Counted from the first letter of the stretch, positions 13,256 to 25,799 are shown. The stretch: 64,000 bases of DNA from Octopus vulgaris (GCA_951406725.2 OX597814.1:107880001-107944000), one strand, 5' to 3'. Notes: generated by a model from the letters alone, not told the origin. Numbers and translations are program-made.

Positions 13256-14193
13256 GTGATATAAATATAATACAACAGAATTACAGTAAAAACCCCCCAA
13301 AAAAGGGGAGGGGCATTATTTAATCCCATTCTTTGATCCCTTGGCAAGGTGACAAGGAGGATATTGCTATTGTGATCGCTCAATTTCAGTACTTACAGGC
13401 ACACGCACACACTGCGCACACACATGTATGTTTGTACATATAGATTTGGTCTGAGTAATTTGCTTGAATTGAACATAAACGAAAGAAGAGAAATGACTCA
13501 GAAAGGTCACAAGACAAAAGACAAATGCAGGTCTATCAAATACCGTACAACGTAAATTTTTGATTTAATTAAAATCATCTCCACCTCTAGAGGATGCTAA
13601 CACCTTATTTGTTTACAGCAAGAAATTTTCTCCATCACAAAGTACAGTGAACGCCTTCTTTATGGGTCCAAATAAGTCTCAAGTATATTTGAACTGGTAA
13701 AAAGTTTGAACGTATACACATCATTGCTTAGCACTGTTGCCTTTATTTAAGGCTACCCATTGAGCAGAGCAACCAATCATGTGTGTGTGTGTGTGTATGT
13801 GTGCATACACGCATGCATGCACACACACACATGTACATCCACGTACACCAAGGCATTCTCACCTGTTCTAAAACTCATAATAATTCTCGCTTCTCAGTAG
13901 CCAAGACAGTCAGTACCTGAGGTAGTCGACACCCAGGACAGCGGTGTTCAAACAACAGGGATGTACCCAAAGTCCACTTGGTAGGCAAAACGAACTTTCT
14001 CCATTCATTTTTTGTGCTTTAGCCGTAAACTCATTTTTCGATGTGCGCCAAACACACTTCAAAACATATTTATGCAGCATTTGTGACTATTTTTTATTGC
14101 AAATTGGTCGGCTTTACAAAAACAAAATAGGCTTCACTATTTTTTGACAACAGTGGATTCTGTAGGCGGAAACTGAAAGAAGCCTGTCATATA

Positions 14194-14232
<39 letters not shown>

Positions 14233-14839
14233 GTACTTTGGTGTGCTGAAAGAAGGATTCCTGCAGATTTTAGGTTTAAATATTGTTATAATTCTTGATG
14301 ATGTCACCATTATTGTCATTTAGGCCCAAGTCAGTATTGATCAAGCAACCCTATAATCAGAAGCAATCCAACCATGGCTACTTCTGTTTTCCCTGTTGAT
14401 GGTGATCCCTAAACCACATTAGCTAATGAGTCCAACTTTTTCTAAGACACTAGAATATGAATTGAAAGTAAGCAATAGCTCTTATTTCTAGCAGGTCAGT
14501 CAATCTATTGCAAAGAGATACCCTTGTTCATTCCTCAACAAGTCCATTGTTCTGAGATGTTTTCTATTCTATTCTAAGAAGAATTCCATTCATTTCATTC
14601 AAAAGACAAGGATGAGTCACACGTAAGGCTTGAGTTGTTTTGCTGATGAAACTCTTTAACACAAAAATATATTTTGTTCAGTTTAAGAATATTTGCCAAG
14701 GATTGGCTTTAATGTGATTACAGAGTTTATTTTCTATATTCTTATTCTGTCCTATATTCACACAAGCATACCGCACGCACACATTCATACACTCACTCTC
14801 TCACAGACACATACACACATGTATATGTGCATGTGTGAG

Positions 14840-14886
<47 letters not shown>

Positions 14887-14938
14887 TATATTCTTTATTC
14901 TGTGTGTGTGTATGTGTGTATACATACATACATACATA

Positions 14939-14997
<59 letters not shown>

Positions 14998-15081
14998 GGA
15001 ATTTACAAAAAACAAAAGACAAAGACAGGTGTGTAAATAACAAACAGGTGTATTAGTTTAACGCTTGTGAAGGTGAAAAAG

Positions 15082-15119
15082 CCTTTTATGTTTTGAGCCT
15101 ACTCTCTTCAACAGAAAGG
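15082..15119 (-). ncRNA. degenerate minimal hammerhead ribozyme motif
   Basis: CCUUU-CUGUUGA-A-GAG..CUC-AAAA-CA-UA-AAAGG; stems I and II pair, core is mutated. Confidence 0.5.
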
Positions 15120-16002
15120 AACACAAGAAAATAAACAGAGAGAGTATAAAAAAAGAAAAGACACACATATATATATATATGTATGTATGTACATACATAA
15201 GTGTGTGAGGGTGGGGTAATGTGACTGATGATTAATGGTGCTGCAATAAGAGCTGGAGACAAAGAGAATTTACTGGAAAGAGAAGGGGAAGTTTCTCTTG
15301 AAGAGGAGAGAACTGCTCTGGATTTAATATTATTGAGTGAGAGAGCAGTGCATGCCATCAAAGTGACACTGAGGCAAAATGTACAAAGCCCTTCATACAC
15401 ATTATAATTACCTGTCTGATAAGGGTGCACCAGGCACATGCATCACAACCGTATGTGCACGACATGGTGATCTTATATCAAGACAAACAATGCATGACCT
15501 TGTAGGTGGGACCCAGTTAGAATTTTCGGATCTAATTTTTTTCATCCGCAAAATACACTTTTTGTAGAAGATAGTAAAAAATCTGAAAATTGGCTATAAT
15601 AATGTAGCATTCCAGTCTCATTGCTTTGAAGATATGATGTTGTGGAAAAACAAAAATTGGAGAAAAATGTTACAGAGGTTTAAAAATTGAAAAAAATGGA
15701 TATTTTTAGCCAATAGTGAAACAGAAATTTTCAGCGTTTAGTGGAGAGGTGTTAACTTTAAAGTTGTACCCTGTGAAATGTAGCCTCTGACCTGTTCATT
15801 GTAGCTTTGTAAATAAACAGAAATACCTAATAAAATCAACATGTATCATCTGGATCTAGCCTTTCTCATTCATTGATTGTATTTTTTAATTTTTTTAAAT
15901 TCATTATATTAATATATTTCTCTGCATGTGGTTATTTTATGCGTATTTCAGTACTATGTATACCTGCCATGTATTTATGTACATCATTAATATATAAGTG
16001 CA

Positions 16003-16033
<31 letters not shown>

Positions 16034-16413
16034 AGGGGGCATCTGTCTCCAAAACTCCAAAGTTGAGTAACATTTTCACGCTTGGATTTGTAAACTACGA
16101 TAGGAATAAATACAGAAAAAGCACAGAAATACATGTAATATACTAACAGAAAAATAAATGGATATCCAGTAATTGTTTTTGCTAGTTTATTTTGTCTCTT
16201 TGTGTTCTCTCCTGAAGCTGTATGAATATTTGATGTGGTTTTAGAGTCAAGTTTTGACTGCTATATCTAGCATGTTGGTATCTTTTAGATACCCTTAATT
16301 ATAATTTTAATAATAATTATTACCTATGAGGTTTTTATTCCTATGCTGGCCACTAGATATGATCGGTATTTTAAATAATGATCTTATCTTTATTTATATA
16401 AATATATAAATTT

Positions 16414-16481
<68 letters not shown>

Positions 16482-16943
16482 AATAAGTGCATATATACAT
16501 ACATATATGCATATATACATGCTTATATACATATCTACATATATATGTATATATACATGCATATATAGGTACAGGACATAAAAAAAACATGAACAAAAAG
16601 AGAAACGAGAACATAAAAAAGCATAGAAAACAAACTTTTTTTGGACAATGAAAGAAACAAATAGAGAAACGAGACAGGCAACATAAAGAACATTCCCTTC
16701 ATCAGTATCCCCTGTTTTATCTACTCCACGTTTTGAATATATATATATATATTACAAATAAGAAAATGAAGAAACACATTAGTTGGTTTATCAGCTTTAG
16801 GATATTAGAATGTTGTCTTATTTAATTAACAAGACTACAACCATAACAACATACATATATACAGTATAAAATTCAATACATTTAAGATACGAATACAAAT
16901 ATTTATTAAAAAAACATTAATATAAATTGTTAGAATCATTAAA

Positions 16944-17062
16944 ATTCCTATAGCTGTTTCAGCCTATGGAAGAAAGTAATTTTCTGTGCCTCTACTTGTC
17001 AATTATATTGAGGTTGTAGGCAATTGGGTACTTATATATATCCATAGGCCTCGTCAGAGATT
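16944..17062 (-). ncRNA. hammerhead ribozyme motif with extended stem II
   Basis: CUGACGA-GGCCUAUGGA-(~70 nt)-UCCAUAGGCU-GAAAC-AGCU-AUA; 10-bp stem II, weak stem I. Confidence 0.6.
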
Positions 17063-17164
17063 ATAAAGTACTTTCAAAATATAAATATATACATCAAACA
17101 AGATACACATACAATTTTATATATATAAATATAAATATAAATATATATCCATATATACATACAC

Positions 17165-17640
17165 ACCAGCGCCGCCTCCACTGGCTTCCATGCCGGTGGC
17201 ACATAAAATACACCAATCCAACCATACAACAGGCACCCATGCCAACCCCCTTTGCTTGCGAAGACATGTTGGGGCAAGCGAAATCGAAATCGAATTGAAC
17301 CAGCCAGGATCCCTGGTCTGGTGGTACGTAAAAAGTACTATCCGACTCGTGGCCGATGCCAGCGCCGCTCGACTGGCTTCCGTGCCGGTGGCACATAAAA
17401 TGCACCAATCCGACCGTGGCCGTTGCCAGCCTCGCCTGGCACCTGTGCAGGTGGCACGTAAAAAGCACCCACTACACTCACGGAGTGGTTGGCATTAGGA
17501 AGGGCATCCAGCTGTAGAAACATTGCCAGATAAGACTGGAGCCTGGTGCAGCCTTCTGGCTTCCCAGATCCCCGGTCGAACCGTCCAACCCATGCTAGCA
17601 TGGAGAACGGACGTTAAACGATGATGATGATGATGATGAT
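17165..17640 (+). mobile_element. SINE/LINE-tail family B with (GAT)n tail and internal duplications
   Basis: ggcattaggaagggcatccagctgtagaaac...ccaacccatgctagcatgga...ggacgttaaacgatgatg; ggtgg(c/t)ac(a/g)taaaa recurs four times. Confidence 0.88.
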
Positions 17641-17762
17641 ATATACATAAGCAAAATATATACACCTATACATGTACATAAATACATAAATAGGCAGACA
17701 ACAGTATATTGGATAAGTATTACACCTTAGTGGGTTGGATCCACAACCCCTAACTTATTTAT

Positions 17763-17792
<30 letters not shown>

Positions 17793-17793
<1 letters not shown>

Positions 17794-17942
17794 CATCATC
17801 ATCATTTTACGTCCGCTTTCCATGCTAGCATGGGTTGGACGATTTGACTGAGGACTGGCGAACCAGATGGCTGCACCAGGCTCCAATCTTGATCTGGCAG
17901 AGTTTCTACAGTTGGATGCCCTTCCTAATGCCAACCACTCCA
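17793..17942 (-). mobile_element. family B, 3' part, inverted relative to 17480-17640
   Basis: catcatcat...acgtccgctttccatgctagcatgggttggacg...ggatgcccttcctaatgccaaccactc. Confidence 0.88.
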
Positions 17943-18224
17943 AGAATATGAATATATGAAGGTACAAGTGGGGATGTAAACCTTTGGGGGATAAAAATAT
18001 CCAAGATTAGACAAGTTGAATGCCTAACAAAGCAGGCACAGTCATATTTAGTATTATCGATATTATACAATAGTAATAAAAGTTTATTTACATTGACAAG
18101 ACCAGACCTACAATTCTTTCCATTCATCACTTGCAGCGTAAAAATTTACCTAATTTAATTCAATTCAACTAAATTAATTTGGTTAATTTCTACAAGTGAG
18201 AATATCGTCAGGGAAAGATATACA

Positions 18225-18595
18225 TGATGGGCGTCTTTCAGTTTCCGTCTCCCAAATACACTCACAAAGCTTTGGTCAGTCCAAGGCTATAGTGGAAGAC
18301 ACTTGCCCAAGGTGCCATGCAGTGGGACTGAACCCAGAACCATGTGGTTGGTAAGCAAGCTACTTACCACACAGCCACTCCTGCACGATGGGCTTCTTTC
18401 AGTTTCCATCTACTAAATCCACTCACAAGGCTTTGGTCAGTCCGAAGCTTTAGTAGAAGACACTAGCCTAAGGTGTCACGCAGTGGGACTGAACCCAGAA
18501 CCATGTGGCTGGTAAGCAAGCTACTTACGACACAGCCACTCCTGTACGATGGGCTTCTTTCAGTTTCCATCTCCCAAATACACTCACAAGGCTTT
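18225..18595 (-). repeat. tandem ~160-bp multimer (about 2.3 units) of the SINE-A 5' half
   Basis: gatgggc.tctttcagtttcc starts at ~18225, ~18387 and ~18548. Confidence 0.9.
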
Positions 18596-19215
18596 TGTTG
18601 GCTCGAGTTTGTAGTAAACACGTGTGCGGTGGGGAAAGGAATGAATCGGGCTTTGATTGAAGCTAAGTGACTGAACGCACAATGAATGAAGATAACACAA
18701 AGGAAGTGGGGGGGGGGGCGTTTATTCGTGTGTAACAACCAGGAAATGCGTCCTCACTCACATCCTGCTTGTTTGATAAATTCTCTCCAACTCTTTGCTT
18801 TAAGTTGTCCCATTTCTAGTGCATTCGACTTCCAGATGGTTCATTGACTGCGCATGTTCTCTGGTATTATTTGCATCAGATGACAGCGACGTGGTGACTG
18901 TTAACGTTGTCGTTATGACACAAGGAGAGACAAAACAAACGGGAGAATGGTGGTGGCTGGCTTTGTTCTCAATGGACGCCATGCACCAAGTGTCTTTTTT
19001 TTTGTATTTTTTTGCCAACATAAGCCACTACCACTTACACCTCCACAACGACTGATACCACCACCACCACCATTCTTATAATTTGCAAAAGAAAAGAGAG
19101 CTTACAAGTAACACAAATTAGGTTTTCCTTCCATCCACTGACACATACAGGTATGTGTGTATGTGTATGTAGGTGTGTATATATATATACATACATACAT
19201 ACATACATACATACA

Positions 19216-19246
<31 letters not shown>

Positions 19247-19327
19247 GTATATACATACACACAGGTGCATGTTTCGAGACATATATAAAATAGTAAGCAG
19301 GTATGTCAGTATACACACGTACCCATA

Positions 19328-19760
19328 CAGGTGCATCTTAAAAAATTAGAATAGTTTGTAAAACTTGTCTATTTATAATCAGTCAAGTGAGACGGTCAAC
19401 ATTTTCCACGAATGTATTTTCAATTCACTAAATTCTAATGAAATCGTATTAGAACTCGGCAGCCCACAAAAACAAACCTGTAAGTTTACCTGTTTGAAGT
19501 CTAGTATCCAGTTCTCTTACGTGTAGTGAATGGTTTAAAGTGCCAAGTCATACACAGGTGTCGGACCATTGTATCTCTTTGGGATCATAGTCAAAGAAAC
19601 GGCCACGTTTCCGTCAACTGACAGCCTCTTTGGTGCTAAATCTATCTTGAATTTTTGTTCCAGTGCCCAAATAACCTTTGATTGACTAAACTTTACAACA
19701 TCATATTCCCCTGGTCAAGTAACTCACCTGACCTAAATCCCATAGAGAATTTATATCCTA
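19328..19760 (+). pseudogene. Tc1-family relic
   Basis: TA + caggtgcatctta..aaattagaata TIR-like start; peptide WSSNSPDLNPIENL at ~19709-19755. Confidence 0.65.
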
Positions 19761-20877
19761 GATTCTATGGGATACAGTTAACAAGACCACCCAGCGTCCT
19801 TTCTAGCGATCGCGAGCTCAGTGCTGTCTTAAAGCCGGGCCCAGTTCCGATCTATGTTGTGGTTTGCTATCAATAAAAATAGAGGGCCCAGATCTCTTCA
19901 GTTTGGCTCATAGATTTTTTGATTATTTTTTTAACTTAGCAGTTTGAAACTTTGTCTACTGGAATTTCTCACTCTGACGTCTGTTTACTTTCAATATTTT
20001 TGACAAAATTTCGTATTTTAGAAGTTATTTTTGTGTTAAATTTGTTGTATTTGGGTAATTTTAACCGATGAACAATGTGTATTAAACTGAAGAAACCTAC
20101 TGCTGAAAATAACGTAACCAAGTCGAGTAATTTTACATTATTATCATCTGTAAAAAAAAGAAGAAAAAAAGAAAAAGAAAAGAAAAAAATGGAAAGCATT
20201 TTGTTTAAAGAATCGACTGCTGCCTGTCCGTTGGTGATCGGCTGTCGTCTGGTTATTTCTACAAATGTCTGCAAAACAAACAAATGAGTGTTTGCGGAAT
20301 CAAATAATATATTGAAGCGCTCCAACATCAACCAGAATATATTCTTTATGTTTTTGACCCAAATAATTGATGTATTGTCTCTGAAGGAAACATGGCCATC
20401 ACTGGCGAACGAGTTTTGAAAGAGTGTTACCTTAGTATTGTTAATTGCTTAACCTGTTGGCATTTAAACTGACAACATCCGACCTAAATATTCTGTTTAT
20501 GTTCAGACCAACCACATCCGGTGTCTCACACCTATTCTACAAAGCCATTCTAAAACTAAACATTGAAACCCCGAAGCTATGAGATAAAGCATGACTAATT
20601 CCAAACAATATGAATAAATAAGGATCACATTTGAATGCTAAAGGGTTATGGTTCAGTGTGGACGTGAGGAGATAGACACACTCTCGCCCATTACATCCTT
20701 GGGCCAGTGGAGCATCGACGATCTGACAGCGAGGACCTCCCTACTTCCACGCACTTAATGACACAACTACTATAAATTACTGCACAAAAGATTTTCAATA
20801 AGAATGGGCCATCATTCTCAACACAAACTTTGGAGTCTTATTCCAACTCGTCGTAGTTGTGTAATTATGTAGCAACT

Positions 20878-21113
20878 GGATTTGAGCGTGGTCGTTGCCA
20901 ATACCACCTGACTGGCCCTCGTGCCAGTGGCACGTAAAAGCACCCACTACACTCTCAGAGTGGTTGGCATTAGGAAGGGCATCCAGCTGTAGAAACTCTG
21001 CCAGATCAAGATTGGAGTCTGGTGCAGCCATCTGGTTTGTCAGTCCTCAGCCAAACCGTCCAACCCATGCTAGCATGGAAAGTGGACGTTAAACAATGAT
21101 GATGATGATGATG
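20878..21113 (+). mobile_element. family B element
   Basis: same body and (GAT)n tail as 17165. Confidence 0.88.
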
Positions 21114-21114
21114 A

Positions 21115-21690
21115 ATAAAATCTGTATCGAAGCCCACAGCTATTTAATGTCGTGCCAAAACATCTGAGAGAGCCACATAGAGTAGGGGTAGATGTGTTCA
21201 AGAAACAGCGTGACTTCCTGCTGTCCAAGACCCCAGATCAGTGATTCTCAACCATTTTTATTCTATAGACCCCGTTTGATTCCTATTTTATTCAGATGGA
21301 CCCCGGTAGCCATTTGATGTTTAAAAAGTCCTATTTTTGAATTAAATATTATGAGGAAATGTATTTAAAAAAATTTAATATTTTGTGTATTGTAGAAAGT
21401 AACCAATTTATTAGAAATAAATTTTAGCAACAAAATCTTATGTGGACCCCCAAGGACCATGTGGAGCCTTGTACCCCGAAGGTCATATGGATCCCAGTTA
21501 AGAATGACTGGTCCCAGATGAACCTACAGCACAGTAAGAAACTAGAAAGAAGGAGGTGATATCGAACTCCCTTCTTCATCAAAAGCTAATCACCAAAGAA
21601 TGGCCACTGGAAAGGAGACAATATTAGCAGTGCCCCAGCATGGTCACAGCATTTGCACTGAAATGCATAAAAGAATAAAAGAATGCAAGA
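21115..21690 (+). mobile_element. CR1/L2-like LINE 3' end, interrupted by a hAT MITE
   Basis: peptide LFNVVPKHLRE..VGVDVFKKQ.DFLLSK.PDEPT...SNSLLHQ joins across the insertion; tail gtgccccagcatggtcacag...actgaaa...taaaagaataaaaga. Confidence 0.75.
21239..21510. mobile_element. hAT/Charlie-type MITE
   Basis: TIRs cagtgattctcaacc / cagttaagaatgactg; near-TSD ccccagat / tcccagat; second copy at 35326. Confidence 0.8.
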
Positions 21691-21784
21691 ATAAATATAG
21701 ACTCTCGTTCGCCTGTCCATTTCAGGCAAATCCAGAAATCATCTCACTGGTTATGTATGTATCAACCATTATTTTGTTCATTGT

Positions 21785-22154
21785 GGGGGCACAATGGCCT
21801 AGTAGTTAGAGCTGTGGACTTGCTGTCATAGGATCACGGTTTCAATTCCCAGACTGGTCGTTGTCTTGGAAAACGCCTAAAGCTCCACGAGGCTCCGACA
21901 GGGAGTGGTGGCGAACCCTGCTGTACTCTTTCACCACAACTTTCTTGCACACTTTCTTCCTGTTTCTGCCGTACTGTATTTCAAAGGGGCCAGCCTTGTC
22001 ACATTCTGTGTCACGCTGAATCTCGTCGAGAACAACGTTAAGGGTACACGTGTCTGTGGAGTGCTCAGCCACTTGCACATTAATTTCCTGAGCAGACAGT
22101 TCCATTGATCGGATCAACTGGAACCCTTGTCATCGTAACCAACAGAGTATCCCG
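21785..22154 (+). mobile_element. tRNA-derived chimeric SINE (head shared with 32020 copy, tail of group C)
   Basis: 14-bp TSD attttgttcattgt at 21771-21784 and 22155-22168. Confidence 0.88.
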
Positions 22155-22159
22155 ATTTT

Positions 22160-22229
22160 GTTCATTGTCTAGTGGTTAAGATTTCTGGTTTTTATCCAAA
22201 TGAGCTGGGTTCAATTGCCAGCCTGGAAA
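22160..22229 (+). pseudogene. decayed tRNA-Glu(TTC)-like sequence
   Basis: gtctagtggttaagatttctggtttttatccaaatgagctgggttcaattgccagcctggaaa resembles metazoan tRNA-Glu gtctagcggttaggattcctggttttcacccagg...gggttcga; stems disrupted. Confidence 0.55.
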
Positions 22230-22517
22230 TGCATCATCTTTGGGGCAGAATTGTTTGTGTGTCAGGCAAAATACTAAGTGGCATTTCTTCCAGATCTTTA
22301 CATTCTAAGTTCAAATTCCGCTGTTGTCAACTTTGTCTTTCATCTTTCCGGTGTCGATAAAATAAGTACCAGTTAAGTACTGGGGGGAGGGGGTGTCGAT
22401 ATAATCAACTATCTCTCCCTTAAAATTGCTGGCTTTGAGCCAAAATTTGAAACCATTATTATGCTAATTATACTTGTCTCACGAGGCAAGTGTAATAGTA
22501 ACGAAATACGTATTTCT

Positions 22518-22732
22518 AAGGTGACGAGCTGGCAGAAAGGTTAGCATGCCGGGCGAAAGACTTAGCAGTATTTCATCTGTCTTTACATTCTGAGTTCAAA
22601 TTCAGCCGAGGTCAACTTTGCCTTTCATCCTTTCAGGATCGATAAATTAAGTACCAGTTGCATACTGAGGATCAATCTAATCAACTGGCCCCCTCCCCAA
22701 AATTTTGTGCCTTGTGCCTAGAGTAGAAAAGA
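22518..22732 (+). mobile_element. SINE family D, full length (tail type 1); older copy at ~22265-22455
   Basis: aaggtgacgagctggcagaa...gagttcaaatt...tttgcctttcatcctttc...gataaattaagtaccag...ctagagtagaaaaga; near-TSD atac(g/c)tatttcta. Confidence 0.9.
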
Positions 22733-22919
22733 CATACCTATTTCTACGCATTGTGGTCTTCTCGTAAAGGGGGAGATAAGCTTCGATAACAAAAGGCAAC
22801 AGCGATCATCATATTCACGATCGAATTCACCATATTGGAAATGAATATAAGATACGTTATTGTTAAGATTATCACTGTTTCTGTGTACATCTCAGGAATT
22901 ATTATTAGTTTGATTTACC

Positions 22920-23045
22920 TCTGTAGAAACTCTGCCAGATCAAGATTGGAACCTGGTGCAACCATCTGGCTCGCCAGTCCTCAGTCAAACCGTCCAACCC
23001 ATGCCAGCATGGAAAGCAGACGTTAAACGATGATGATGATGATGA
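22920..23045 (+). mobile_element. family B 3' fragment
   Basis: ctgtagaaactctgccagatcaagattgga...gacgttaaacgatgatg. Confidence 0.85.
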
Positions 23046-23057
23046 CACACACACATA

Positions 23058-23220
23058 TGATAGGCTTCTTTCAGTTTCCGTCAACCAAATCCACTCACAA
23101 AGCTTTGGTTGGCCTGAGACTATTGTAAATGGTACTTGTCCAAGGTGCTATGTAATGAGACTGAACTCAAAACCATGTGGCTGGGAAGCAAACGTCTTAC
23201 CACATAGGCACACCTGCACC
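23058..23220 (-). mobile_element. SINE family A, 5' half
   Basis: ggcttctttcagtttccgtc...catgtggctgggaagcaaacgtcttaccaca. Confidence 0.85.
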
Positions 23221-23488
23221 TATGCAGCTACGCCTGCGCCTGCACAGCCACGCCTGCGCCTGCACAGCCACGCCTGCGCCTGCACAGCCACGCCTGCGCC
23301 TGCATAGCCACGCCTGCATAGCCACGCCTGCATAGCCACGCCTACATAGCCACGCCTGCACCTGCACAGCCATGCCTGCGCCTGTGCCTGCACAGCCACG
23401 CCTGCGCCAACACAGCCACGCCTGCGCCAGCACAGCCACGCCTGCGCCTGCACAGCCACGCCAGCGTCAGCACAGCCACGCCTGCGCA
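23221..23488. repeat. GC-rich 20-bp minisatellite (tgcacagccacgcctgcgcc)n with some 14-bp variants
   Basis: direct tandem units with no spacers; the unit is the reverse complement of the SINE-A first ~20 nt. Confidence 0.95.
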
Positions 23489-23514
23489 TGTTCATATCTC
23501 CCTCATTCGATGCC

Positions 23515-23589
23515 TTCTTATTGGTAAACTTTCAATGTCTCACGTGACGGGTGTAAAAGTAAACAATACTAAACGATGCTTTGGTAAGT
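23515..23589 (+). promoter_or_regulatory. candidate promoter / first-exon end
   Basis: ATTGG (23520), TCACGTGA E-box (23540), GTAAACA forkhead site (23559) and a perfect donor G|GTAAGT (23584) within 70 bp of unique sequence. Confidence 0.25.
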
Positions 23590-24218
23590 AATTTCCCCGA
23601 AGACGTTCCTTGTAAAGAATGTGAAGACGTTGCAGATATGTACCGGCCTCATTTCATGCCTGGTTTCACATAGTGTTCCAAATATGGCCCAGAAAATACG
23701 GAGATGTTACTGACTAGCAGCCTGCCTGGGACATCATGAATTAAGTTCGCAATATGGCGATCAGTTTTAGCTTTATAAATTTAGTAGCCTCGGGGTGACA
23801 GCTTTTTTATTATTGGCGGGATGGGGTACGACTGGGGGGAAACGCTAGTGATTATAGGGTACATTTAGATTTGGTGATATTGTGAGGGTAACACATGCAC
23901 ACGCACACGCACACACACACACTGAAAGAAAATATAACATCCTAAGTTGCTTTGAGTGATGTATACATATTTATATATTCATTGCTTGCTTACTTTCAAG
24001 TATGTATATATGTGTGTGTATACACACATACAAACACACACACACACATGACGATTCTTATGATAAAAATGATGTCATCAATTGCAATAGAGTGAATGTG
24101 TGTGAGTATGCGTGTGTGTATGTGTGCGCGTGTGTGTGTGAATGCGCGCGTGCGTGTGGTGGTGCCATATAAATTAACAATTTATACTTGTCAGCAACAA
24201 TTTGTAACCAGTCAACCG

Positions 24219-24265
<47 letters not shown>

Positions 24266-24353
24266 CACACACACACACATATATATATATATGCATGTAC
24301 ATGCACACACACATATGTATATGTGTATATGTATATATATGTATATGTATGTA

Positions 24354-24393
<40 letters not shown>

Positions 24394-24537
24394 GTATATA
24401 TATATATGTATATATACACACACACACAGATACATACGTACACATGTACGTGTAAGTATGTGTGTGTATATATAATTACATATATGTATTTATGTTTATG
24501 CATATATCTTTGAGTGTGTGTGTATTTCTTTTTCTAG

Positions 24538-24937
24538 TTCACATATTTTAAGAGCAAAACCTGCTGTTTAGACGCAAAAAACCTACTCCATTTTATTAAA
24601 ACCACTGATCCGGTAAAAAAAAAAGAAACAAAAAAGAAAGAAAGAAAGAAAACGTGGTGCAAACCGGTATTTTGTGTCTGTTTCTGCATCTGTGGTTGCT
24701 TCGGGGTCTCTGGAGTGCTATTAGGACCCACCCCGAATGGCCAAGCAGCTCCTCAATCGCTACGACCTCGACCTCTGAATCAGATCATCGCAGCAAGCTT
24801 TGCTTCCTTCCTTGTTGTTATCGATTTGCAGGAGAGCAGAGCCTCACTGGCTACATTTTCTCGTTCAACTGTGAACACAATGTACGGCGATCGATAATTT
24901 TAACTGTACCACACCGTATTTTACTCCACTCAGCAAC
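24538..24937 (+). other. candidate non-coding (5' UTR/lncRNA) exon
   Basis: acceptor tatttctttttctag|, donor aac|gtaatt; unique, GC-richer sequence with no convincing ORF. Confidence 0.3.
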
Positions 24938-25187
24938 GTAATTATTTCTTGGAAAAATGAACGATGAATATTCACCGATCATAAACAAAAAAATTGTACA
25001 AGAAATATGGTTAAATGTATAAAAGTATATAGAATAGACTCTACACATCTCGGAACAAATAACGACTTTCGTCAATTAACTAAACTACGGTGTGTGTATT
25101 AAGGCATGTACTTAGATTATATGCGTTCAACACACAAATATAAATATGTGTATATATGTGAGTGTGTGTGTATGTATGCCTTTATGC

Positions 25188-25390
25188 TTTTACTTGCTTA
25201 TATTATAGCCATGCTAGGGCAGCCCCTTGAAGAATTTTAGTTGAACGAATCGAGCCCACTGCTTTTATTTTTTTTTTCAAATCCTTGTACTTATTCTATC
25301 CGTCTCTTCGGCCGAACTGCTAGCTTACGGGGATGTAAATACAACAACACCGGTTATCAAGCGAAGGTGTCAGGACAAACACCCACATAA
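25188..25390 (-). mobile_element. older SINE-A 3' half, antisense to the adjacent copy
   Basis: gtacttattctatc...gccgaact...tacggggatgtaaa. Confidence 0.8.
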
Positions 25391-25409
25391 AAAATAGGTG
25401 AACACACAG

Positions 25410-25799
25410 GCGCAGGAGTGGCTGTGTGGTAAGTAGCTTGATTACCAACCACATGGTTCCGGGCTCAGTCCTACTGCATGACACCTTGGGCAAGTGTCTA
25501 CTACTATAGCCTCGGGCCGACCAAAGCCTTGTGAGTGGATTTGGTAGACGGAAACTGAAAGAAGCCCGTCGTATATATATATGTATACGTTTGTGTCTGT
25601 GTCTGTGTCTGTCCTCCATAACATCGTTTGACAACCGATGCTAGTGTTTACGTCCCTGTAACTTAGCAGTTCGGCAAAAGAGACCGATAGAATAAGTACT
25701 AGGCTTACAAAGAATAAGTCCTGGGGTCGATTTACTCGGCTAAAGGCAGTGCTCCAGCATGGCCACAGTCAAATGACTGAAACAAATAAAAACAAAAAA
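25410..25799 (+). mobile_element. SINE family A, full length
   Basis: 10-bp TSD gaacacacag at 25400-25409 and 25800-25809. Confidence 0.93.

Noticed and set aside
23221-23488. Regular 20-bp repeats suggesting a CRISPR array or a repetitive protein (ORFs 23197 and 23220)
   Set aside because: No unique spacers, eukaryotic context, and the unit derives from the adjacent SINE head.
24654-24941. 95-aa ORF with a signal-peptide-like N-terminus
   Set aside because: Starts at GTG, has no recognisable family, and overlapping ORFs are equally long; coding status is unsupported.
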